Assembly: GCA_041669565.1 (NCBI GenBank)
Contig: JBAYAV010000001.1
Span: 1-56,139 of the forward strand
Reading direction: 5' to 3'
Length of the DNA: 56,139 bases
Origin: Lentisphaeria bacterium
GTDB lineage: Bacteria > Verrucomicrobiota > Lentisphaeria > Oligosphaerales > Oligosphaeraceae
Under the pieces are notes generated by a model. It ran no database searches, was not told the origin of the DNA, and was given only the letters and a program-made list of their open reading frames with translations. This document shows, piece after piece, positions 37,891 to 45,234 of the stretch. The position numbers were made by a program, and so were the translations under genes. Position 1 is the first letter of the stretch. Each line of letters starts with the position of its first letter.

Positions 37891-38481
37891 ATGATGATGT
37901 CCGCAAAATCATTCGATATGGTCGTTATTGATTTTGAAACGACTGGTGCCATTGAAGGCCATCCAAATCGTCCTTGGCAATTTGCCGGTATTTTTTTTCG
38001 TAATGGAAAGCCCGTTCCAGAGCATCGTTTTTCGGTTTATTTAAAAGTACCAGAAGAGCAGCCGTTTAATCCTTATACCCCTGGGCGTTGGGCATCCATT
38101 CGGGAAAAATTATCGAATGCGCCTACCCTTCCCGAATTATGGCCGCAACTGCAGCCATGGTTACTGGGTAAAGTTTTAGTAGCGCATCACGCCCCCACAG
38201 AACGCACCATGCTGCAGTCCGTTTTTCCTTTTCAGACTTTTGGTCCTTGGCTGGACACACTTTCTATGGCACGGAAAGCGTATCCCAGTTTATCCAACTT
38301 TTCGTTGGAAGCCCTGATTCAATCCCTGAATTTAGAAAAAAAAGTTCAAACAATCTGCCCCGATTTAGAACCCCATGATGCTTATTATGACTCTGTCGCC
38401 TGTGCCTACCTGCTGGAACATATTCTGACTCTCCCCGGATGGAACCAGGCACAAATAGAAGACCTCACCCGATTAAAATAA
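37891..38481 (+). CDS. DEDDh 3'-5' exonuclease (DNA polymerase III epsilon/DnaQ-like)
   Basis: Exo I VVIDFETTG, Exo II LVAHHAPTE, Exo III HDAYYDSVACAYL. ATG 37891 lies 1 nt after the upstream stop. Confidence 0.8.
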   Translation: MMMSAKSFDMVVIDFETTGAIEGHPNRPWQFAGIFFRNGKPVPEHRFSVYLKVPEEQPFNPYTPGRWASIREKLSNAPTLPELWPQLQPWLLGKVLVAHHAPTERTMLQSVFPFQTFGPWLDTLSMARKAYPSLSNFSLEALIQSLNLEKKVQTICPDLEPHDAYYDSVACAYLLEHILTLPGWNQAQIEDLTRLK

Positions 38482-38485
38482 CCCC

Positions 38486-39922
38486 ATGCAAAAAAACAAA
38501 ATTCATTTTTTCAAAACCCTCCCTGATGCGCCTGCGCGAATCTTTTTAATCGGTATTGGTGGCATTGGGATGAGTGCCCTCGCCCAATTATTACTCTGGA
38601 AAGGATATCAAATTGCTGGGAGTGACCGCGATCTAAAAAACCAGGATAAAAAAGAACTCTACCAAAAACTGCAGAAACTCGGCATCGAACTCTACCCGCA
38701 AGACGGCAGCGGCATCACTCACTTTCAGCCCAATGCCGTTATTATTACCGCTGCCATCGAACCCGGCAATCCAGATTTGCCGTCCGACACCAAAGTCTGT
38801 CCCGTCCTCCATCGCGCCTGCGCATTATCTCAATTATTAGACAGCATTCCAGCAACACTTATTACAATTGCGGGTTCTTGTGGAAAAACATCGGTCAGTG
38901 GCTGGATTGCTTCCGCCCTAAAATCCTTAAAAAAACCCATATTGATGGTCAATGGCGGATATTCATTAGACTTCATATCGAAAAATCTTCCTGGAAACTT
39001 CTATGCAGATCCACAACCGGAATACATTATTGCCGAAGTTGATGAAAGCGATCATAGCATCAAGGAATTCAGGCCCGACTATGCCCTTCTGCTTAATATT
39101 GGCAAAGATCATTATGAGCGAACAGAATTGGAAAATGTTTTTCAACAATATTTACATCATGCCAAAAAAGGCGTTGTTGTTCCCGCAGAACTGCAAACAC
39201 TGGCACCACAAAAAATTCCGCAAAAAACCTTTACGGACAAGCCTCATGTCCAAGCTCCTTGTCCGGCAAATTATAAATGCAGCCAAAACGGCATCCATTT
39301 TCAACTTCCCAATTTAGCTTCTATACGCAGTTCTCAATCGGGTTTTCATTCTGCAATGAATGCCACCGCCGTTTTTCAGCTGCTAAGACTACTTTTCCCT
39401 GCTGAAGACAAACAGAACCTAGCCGATGCGTTATGCCATTACCAAGGAATTCGACAACGTTTTGAAATCATGTCTTCTCCTAAAAGCTGCCCTGTTATTA
39501 ATGACTACGCCCATAATCCGCAAAAGATCCAAGCCGCAATACAGACCGCCAAAGAGCGCTTTGGAACTGGAATAGTCCTTGTTTTTCAGCCCCACGGCTA
39601 TGGTCCGTTTGGTTTTATGCGCGAAGCACTCAAAGCAACCCTGCTTCATTGTTTGGACAAAACAGACCGCTTCCTTTTGCTGCCAGTCTTTTATGCCGGT
39701 GGGACGAGCTCTTTTACCCCAAAATCCGAAGAAGTCGCTCAAGAATTTGCGCAAGACGGCCTGCCTGTTCGAGCCATTTCAGAGCGCACTGAAGCAGCAC
39801 AATTCATTTATAATTTCACCCCGAAAAGCGCCGTTTTGATTATGGGTGCGCGGGATGCATCCCTGCGCGCTTGGACTGCTGAAATTGCCACACATATTCA
39901 ATATCAGGAATCATTATGCTAA
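38486..39922 (+). CDS. murC: UDP-N-acetylmuramate--L-alanine ligase
   Basis: 478 aa. N-terminal IGIGGIGMSALAQLLLWKGYQIAGSD, P-loop IAGSCGKTS, NDYAHNPQKI. I cannot fully exclude the Mpl paralogue. Confidence 0.8.
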   Translation: MQKNKIHFFKTLPDAPARIFLIGIGGIGMSALAQLLLWKGYQIAGSDRDLKNQDKKELYQKLQKLGIELYPQDGSGITHFQPNAVIITAAIEPGNPDLPSDTKVCPVLHRACALSQLLDSIPATLITIAGSCGKTSVSGWIASALKSLKKPILMVNGGYSLDFISKNLPGNFYADPQPEYIIAEVDESDHSIKEFRPDYALLLNIGKDHYERTELENVFQQYLHHAKKGVVVPAELQTLAPQKIPQKTFTDKPHVQAPCPANYKCSQNGIHFQLPNLASIRSSQSGFHSAMNATAVFQLLRLLFPAEDKQNLADALCHYQGIRQRFEIMSSPKSCPVINDYAHNPQKIQAAIQTAKERFGTGIVLVFQPHGYGPFGFMREALKATLLHCLDKTDRFLLLPVFYAGGTSSFTPKSEEVAQEFAQDGLPVRAISERTEAAQFIYNFTPKSAVLIMGARDASLRAWTAEIATHIQYQESLC

Positions 39923-41898
39923 AAGAAATTGTCATCGCAACCGGAAATGCCAATAAAGTCAAAGAATTCAAAGCCATTTTAGCACCCTATGGCATCACCG
40001 TACACTCGGCAAAAGAACTTGGTGGCATGCCGGAAGTTATTGAAGACGGCAGCACTTTTCTTGAAAACGCCGCTAAAAAAGCAATTGCCGGCGCGCAAGC
40101 CTTTCACAAACTTGTTTTAGCCGATGATTCCGGATTAGAGGTCCATGCACTGCATGGCGCACCCGGAATCTACTCCGCAAGATACGCCGGCGAAGATGGC
40201 AATAACAAAAAAAACCGGCTCAAATTATTAGAAGCAATGAAGGACATTGAAGACCGCACTGCGCGCTTTGTCTGCGCGCTTGTTTTAGCATCACCAGAAG
40301 GCGAAATCTTAAGTAGTGCCGAAGGCGAAATACAAGGAACCATTACCACAAAGATCCACCCGCCGGAAACCTTCGGCTATGACCCGCTCTTTATTCCAAA
40401 AGGATTTCAGGAAACATTCAGTGAACTTCCGCCTATTGTAAAAAACGGCATCAGCCATCGAGGCAATGCCGCCCTGAATGCGTTGCATCAGGGAATGTTC
40501 TCAGACGGCCTGTTTTTTACATGGAAAGAATTGCAGGAAATAACGCATGGTCATTGGCTTATACAACCAGAAACTTCCCCCATCAGCGGTATCAATGCCG
40601 TTTTAGATGACAGCAGAATCTGCACCCCCGGCTCCCTATTTGTTGCGATTTCAGGGGATTTGACCAATGGGCACAGCTATCTAAAAAATGCGGTTCTTCA
40701 TGGCGCGCGGGCCATTTGCGTAGAAGAGACTCCTAATGCAGAGACAATGGCTTTTCTGCAATCCGAGCACTGCCCCTGCATTCAAGTGCCCGATAGCCTG
40801 ACCGCTTTTCAAAAACTGGCAATGGCGCATCGCACCAAATTTCCAGATCTGCAACTCCTGGCGATCACCGGCAGTTGTGGCAAAACAAGCGTAAAAGAAA
40901 TGTGCGCTGCCATTTTGGATCAGCACTGGCCGGGGCAAGTGCTCAAGACACTCGGCAATACGAATAATCATTACGGCGTACCGCGCAATTTATTACGGAT
41001 TACCCCCGCAACATCCGTTGCCGTTATTGAATTAGGCAGCAATCATCCTGGTGAAATTGCCTCTTTATCAGAACTCGTTCTCCCACAAATAGGCGTCGTT
41101 TGCAATATTGGCCATGCGCATCTAGAGTTTTTTCATGATTTACGGGGCGTTGCCGAAGAGAAAGGCCAGCTCCTCACAGCAATTCAAAATCGCGGAACAG
41201 CCATTTTTCCAGCCGACGCCGCCGGCCGGGACATTCTTGAAGAAAAGGCGGTGGGGCATCCCCATATAACATTTGGAAAAAACAGCAATGCCGACATCTG
41301 CGGTGAATACCTCGGTGAAACTGCCGAGGGCTTACCCCAAATCCGCTTAACCTGGAAAAATCCAAAATTTTACATAGAATTCACATGGAACATTCCGGGT
41401 GAGCATCAAGCCATAAATGCCGCAGCAGCTGCCGCGGTCGGCACAGCAATGGGGATAGAGCCTGAAGAAATTATTCGCGGCCTACAGCAGTGTAAATTAC
41501 CGGATCAGCGCATGCAGATCATAGAGCACAACGGTATTACGTGGGCAAATGATGCCTACAACGCCAACCCGGACAGCATGGCTGCTGCGCTAAGCTGGTT
41601 CCATACAATCAGCAAAAACGCTCCGAAGCGGTTGCTTATTCTGGGGGAAATGCGGGAATTGGGCGAAAAAAGTCCCGCGCTTCATCAGGCCATTCTAGAA
41701 AAAGCAAAAAAGCTATTTCCCCATGACCGCATCCTTACGGTTGGGCGAGAGATGACTCAAGCAGCCAAGAACTTACAGCTCGAAAATTATCCCGATATTA
41801 TTACCGTTCGCAAAATACTGCACAATAACCTTATCACAGGGGAGTTTATTTTACTAAAAGGATCTAACGGCGTTAAACTTTTTAAACTTTTAGAATAG
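39916..41898 (+). CDS. murF: fusion protein: RdgB/HAM1 dITP/XTP pyrophosphatase (aa 1-193) plus MurF UDP-MurNAc-tripeptide--D-Ala-D-Ala ligase (aa 194-660)
   Basis: RdgB motifs: IATGNANKVKEF, LADDSGLEV, GAPGIYSARY, RFVCAL, FGYDPLF, KNGISHRG. MurF motifs: ITGSCGKTSVKEM, DAYNANPDSM, LGEMRELG. The frame is continuous. The start overlaps the murC stop (ATGCTAA). Confidence 0.88.
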   Translation: MLKEIVIATGNANKVKEFKAILAPYGITVHSAKELGGMPEVIEDGSTFLENAAKKAIAGAQAFHKLVLADDSGLEVHALHGAPGIYSARYAGEDGNNKKNRLKLLEAMKDIEDRTARFVCALVLASPEGEILSSAEGEIQGTITTKIHPPETFGYDPLFIPKGFQETFSELPPIVKNGISHRGNAALNALHQGMFSDGLFFTWKELQEITHGHWLIQPETSPISGINAVLDDSRICTPGSLFVAISGDLTNGHSYLKNAVLHGARAICVEETPNAETMAFLQSEHCPCIQVPDSLTAFQKLAMAHRTKFPDLQLLAITGSCGKTSVKEMCAAILDQHWPGQVLKTLGNTNNHYGVPRNLLRITPATSVAVIELGSNHPGEIASLSELVLPQIGVVCNIGHAHLEFFHDLRGVAEEKGQLLTAIQNRGTAIFPADAAGRDILEEKAVGHPHITFGKNSNADICGEYLGETAEGLPQIRLTWKNPKFYIEFTWNIPGEHQAINAAAAAAVGTAMGIEPEEIIRGLQQCKLPDQRMQIIEHNGITWANDAYNANPDSMAAALSWFHTISKNAPKRLLILGEMRELGEKSPALHQAILEKAKKLFPHDRILTVGREMTQAAKNLQLENYPDIITVRKILHNNLITGEFILLKGSNGVKLFKLLE

Positions 41899-42000
41899 TT
41901 GAACAAAGATGGCTCTTTTTATTCCATAACGAGTCCCTTTAATAAAGAGGGCTTCCCCGAAACTTTCCCCGAACTTTTACATCAACCCGAAAAACATTTT

Positions 42001-43728
42001 ATGAAAACTTTTTATCATCAGTTAAAGACCCTGTTTTCAGCGAGAGATTTTCTTCATTATTGTTTTTTATTAATACTGTTAATTTCCGTTGGTGTCATGG
42101 AATTTTTCACTTTAGGAGCAATTCCGCTTTATATCAGCGTTATTACCGGTCAGATACAAAGCTCGCATATTTACCTGAGACTTCCAAACTTTCTGCAGAG
42201 CATCTGTCAAAACATGTATCTTTTTTCGATCTGTTTTATAGTCCTCTATCTTTTCCGATTCTTTTATCTTTATGTCATTTATGCCCTGCAATATCATATT
42301 ATCAGCAACCGAAAAATCGCTTTAGGAACCAGAATTTTTCAAGCGCTTCTATCCGCGCCCTATTCCTATTTTCTGGATAGCAAAAAATCGGCCATGCAGG
42401 ATGCAATCATTCAAGAGTCCTATAACGTTTCTTTTTATCTTCTAACCAGTTTTTTTAATTTATTTCGGTGTGTCTTTTTAATTATTATAACGGCCTCTTT
42501 TATTTTATACACCGATATTCTGCTTGCCAGCCTCGCAATTCTATTTTTGGGTGTTTCTTGCGGATTCTATATGGTAATGCGAAGCAAATACATGGAAAAA
42601 ATCGGCCGAGACACCAATATCTACCGGAAAAAAACGATACAAATTACCAACGAAACATTGAACGCCATCAAAGAAATGAAAATATACCACTGTATGGAAT
42701 ACTTCCAGGCTTTACTGCATAATACATTAAAACAAAGCAGTATCAATGAAGGGAAAACACTATTCAACACTCAAATACTATGGCCCGCACTTGAAACCTT
42801 TACCATCCTTTCTTTAATCGGTTCAATTTTAATCACCCTTTGGCACACCAAACAGTCCCCACTCGCGCTTGCTCCATCCCTGGCGCTACTGACCGTTGCC
42901 CTCGTTCGAATCAAAGCCTTTTTATCCGAAAGCATGCTTTCCATAAATTACATGCTGTTTTATAAAAAAGATTTTGCCCATATCTATCAAATCCTACATA
43001 CCTACTATCACCCAGAAAAAGCATCAAAAGAAAACCTTCCAAAAATAGACTTTAACTCTTTACAGATTCACAATCTTTCTTTTACCCATAAGAATGCCGC
43101 AAAGAAAACCCTATCAAAAATCAATTTATCCCTGCATAAAGGACAATCCATTGCGATTATCGGTGCCACCGGCTGTGGAAAAAGCACTCTGCTAAATCTA
43201 ATTCTAGGATTACTTGATCCTGATTCCGGCGAAATCACCATTAACCACCAGCCGATCCAAGAAATAAAAGACAGATGGCAAATCAGCCTTGGCTATGTTC
43301 CACAAAATATTCCCCTCTTCGATGACACCATTCAAAAAAACATAACACTCGGCGTTTTTAATAAAGAACGCGATCAGAAATACCTCAATGAAATAATTAA
43401 AACAGCACAGCTGTCGGCCTATATTAAAAGCCTTCCAAAGAAAGAAAATACCATCGTCGGTGACCAGGGAATACGGATTTCCGGCGGGGAACGCCAACGC
43501 ATCGGCCTTGCGAGGGCTCTTTATCGAAACCCCGAAGTGCTAATCCTTGATGAAGCCACATCCGCGTTAGACGAAGAAACAGAAAAAGCTGTCACCGCGG
43601 CCATCCATAATAACCACAACACGCAGGCCCAAATTATTGTTGCCCACAGGTTGTCCACCATCCAAAAATGCGATATTATTTTAAAAATGGCAGATGGCAC
43701 CCTTACTCTACAGGAAAGAGACCAATAA
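42001..43728 (+). CDS. ABC exporter, fused permease/ATPase (MsbA/type I exporter-like)
   Basis: Six-TM N-terminal half. NBD with Walker A GATGCGKST, signature ISGGERQR and Walker B LILDEATSALD. I prefer ATG 42001 (MKTFYHQ...). The track start is TTG 41899, directly abutting the murF stop. Confidence 0.85.
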   Translation: MKTFYHQLKTLFSARDFLHYCFLLILLISVGVMEFFTLGAIPLYISVITGQIQSSHIYLRLPNFLQSICQNMYLFSICFIVLYLFRFFYLYVIYALQYHIISNRKIALGTRIFQALLSAPYSYFLDSKKSAMQDAIIQESYNVSFYLLTSFFNLFRCVFLIIITASFILYTDILLASLAILFLGVSCGFYMVMRSKYMEKIGRDTNIYRKKTIQITNETLNAIKEMKIYHCMEYFQALLHNTLKQSSINEGKTLFNTQILWPALETFTILSLIGSILITLWHTKQSPLALAPSLALLTVALVRIKAFLSESMLSINYMLFYKKDFAHIYQILHTYYHPEKASKENLPKIDFNSLQIHNLSFTHKNAAKKTLSKINLSLHKGQSIAIIGATGCGKSTLLNLILGLLDPDSGEITINHQPIQEIKDRWQISLGYVPQNIPLFDDTIQKNITLGVFNKERDQKYLNEIIKTAQLSAYIKSLPKKENTIVGDQGIRISGGERQRIGLARALYRNPEVLILDEATSALDEETEKAVTAAIHNNHNTQAQIIVAHRLSTIQKCDIILKMADGTLTLQERDQ

Positions 43729-43850
43729 ATAATTTTCGAAACACGGCATTTTTACGTTCAAAAGAGTGCTCTAAAAATCCGGACAAATCCCCTTCAGCAG
43801 TCAAACCTATATTTTTTTCAAAAAAAGATCAAAAAAACACAATATTCAAC

Positions 43851-43878
43851 TTGAAAACAAAAATTAAGGGCCTATATT
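43851..43878 (+). promoter_or_regulatory. candidate promoter for tRNA-Lys
   Basis: TTGAAA-N16-TATATT has the same architecture as the element upstream of tRNA-Gln. An alternative, TTGATA-N17-TTCAAT at 43907-43935, lies closer to the tRNA. Confidence 0.3.
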
Positions 43879-43943
43879 TATCAGCACGTCACGAATAAAT
43901 CATTTGTTGATAAATTCAAGATGCGAGATTTCAATTAAACGAT

Positions 43944-44020
43944 GGGATGGTAGCTCAGTTGGTAGCAGCATCGCACTTTTAATGCGGGGGTCCCGGGTTC
44001 GAGTCCCGGCCATCCCACCA
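43944..44020 (+). tRNA. tRNA-Lys (anticodon TTT), CCA encoded
   Basis: Acceptor GGGATGG/CCATCCC, anticodon arm TCGCA-CTTTTAA-TGCGG, T arm CCGGG-TTCGAGT-CCCGG, discriminator A plus CCA. The D stem has only 3 clean pairs. Confidence 0.9.
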
Positions 44021-44033
44021 CATCGTTTTTCCT

Positions 44034-44058
44034 CGCCGTTTTATGCGGCGTTTTTTTT
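44034..44058 (+). terminator. terminator after tRNA-Lys
   Basis: CGCCG-loop-CGGCG followed by TTTTTTTT. Confidence 0.6.
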
Positions 44059-44119
44059 GGTAACCAATGCCTTGAAGACTGGTAAAACAGAAGACATCAA
44101 GCTTTAGTAAGGTGGAAAT

Positions 44120-44347
44120 ATGAGTAAAGTATGTGACATTTGCGGTAAGCACAAAGCATTTGGCGGCCACATTACCCGTCGTGGTTTAGCTAAGAAAAAA
44201 GGCGGAATTGGTATGCATGTTGTTAAGAACAACAAACGTACTTTCAGCCCCAATTTACAAAGCGTTAAAGCCATTGTAAATGGTGGTGTTGTTCGCCTCA
44301 AAGTTTGCACAGCCTGCCTCCGCTCAAATAAAGTTGTCAAAGCTTAA
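44120..44347 (+). CDS. rpmB: 50S ribosomal protein L28
   Basis: 75 aa beginning MSKVCDICGKHKAFGGHITRRG and containing NNKRTFSPNLQ. AAGGTGG RBS upstream. Confidence 0.93.
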   Translation: MSKVCDICGKHKAFGGHITRRGLAKKKGGIGMHVVKNNKRTFSPNLQSVKAIVNGGVVRLKVCTACLRSNKVVKA

Positions 44348-44431
44348 TTTGACTGATTCACGGCTGACAATCGAACATTGTGTTCAAGCATAGTAGTCTT
44401 TAAGCCGGAAGCATGGATTTTCGTTTTAGTG

Positions 44432-44465
44432 AGCGGATGCAGTTTTTTTCTGCGTCCGCTTTTTT
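44432..44465 (+). terminator. rho-independent terminator after rpmB
   Basis: AGCGGATGCAG-TTTTTTT-CTGCGTCCGCT followed by TTTTT. Confidence 0.8.
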
Positions 44466-44500
44466 ATTTATCGCAGACTAATTTATAAAAGAGAACCATT

Positions 44501-45181
44501 ATGCGCAAACTCACAGAATATACTCCCGAACGCATTCTTATTTCTCCCTCCATTTTAGCAGCGGACTTTGCTGTTCTTGGAACAGATGTCACGGCCGTAT
44601 CGAACGCCGGAGCAGACTTGATCCATGTGGATATCATGGATGGGCACTTTGTTCCAAATATATCATTTGGCCCGGGAATCACCAAAAATATTCGCCCTTA
44701 TTCCAAACTTCTTTTTGATGTACATTTAATGATAAGCAATCCGGATCAATATTTAGAAGAATTTGCAAAAGCAGGCGCCGATCATATCACAATTCACCAG
44801 GAAAGCAACGGCGATACCCAAAAGACCCTGGATGCAATTCATAAACTCGGGTGCACCGCTGGCATCACACTTCGTCCCGGAACGCCCGTAGAAGTCCTTT
44901 ATCCGTATCTTGATCAAGTAGAGATGGTATTAGTTATGACCGTTGAGCCCGGTTTTGGCGGACAATCTTTTATGCGGGACCAGTTATCAAAAATAGAAGC
45001 CCTTCACTCGCGTATCGCCAAAATGAAAAAAAACATCCACCTTGAAGTTGATGGCGGCATAACTTTGGAAACAGCACCATTAGCAATCAAAGCAGGTGCT
45101 AATGTCCTTGTTGCAGGAAGCAGTATTTTCAAGGCAAAGGCATCGAAAAGCGATACTATTAATCAATTAAAACACAGTTAA
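44501..45181 (+). CDS. rpe: ribulose-phosphate 3-epimerase
   Basis: 226 aa with SPSILAADF, HVDIMDGHFVPN, DVHLM, MTVEPGFGGQ and EVDGGI. Confidence 0.93.
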   Translation: MRKLTEYTPERILISPSILAADFAVLGTDVTAVSNAGADLIHVDIMDGHFVPNISFGPGITKNIRPYSKLLFDVHLMISNPDQYLEEFAKAGADHITIHQESNGDTQKTLDAIHKLGCTAGITLRPGTPVEVLYPYLDQVEMVLVMTVEPGFGGQSFMRDQLSKIEALHSRIAKMKKNIHLEVDGGITLETAPLAIKAGANVLVAGSSIFKAKASKSDTINQLKHS

Positions 45182-45234
45182 TTAAACACAGTTAATTAAA
45201 AAAATATTACGAATCCAATTGAAAGGCTAACCAC

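Noticed and set aside
41899-42900. Sharp drop in GC in the ABC exporter TM half compared with murF, considered as evidence of horizontal transfer. Hand counts gave about 30% in two 60-nt lines of the TM half and about 60% in one murF line.
   Set aside because: One line counted in the ATPase half of the same gene returns to about 48% GC. The low-GC part encodes F/I/L/Y/N/K-rich TM helices, so amino-acid composition explains it. The counts cover only a few lines.
45171-45198. Perfect tandem duplication of the 14-mer AACACAGTTAATTA spanning the rpe stop codon.
   Set aside because: The duplication is real. It most simply reflects slipped-strand duplication in an AT-rich 3' end. The first copy already provides the stop, so there is no coding consequence.
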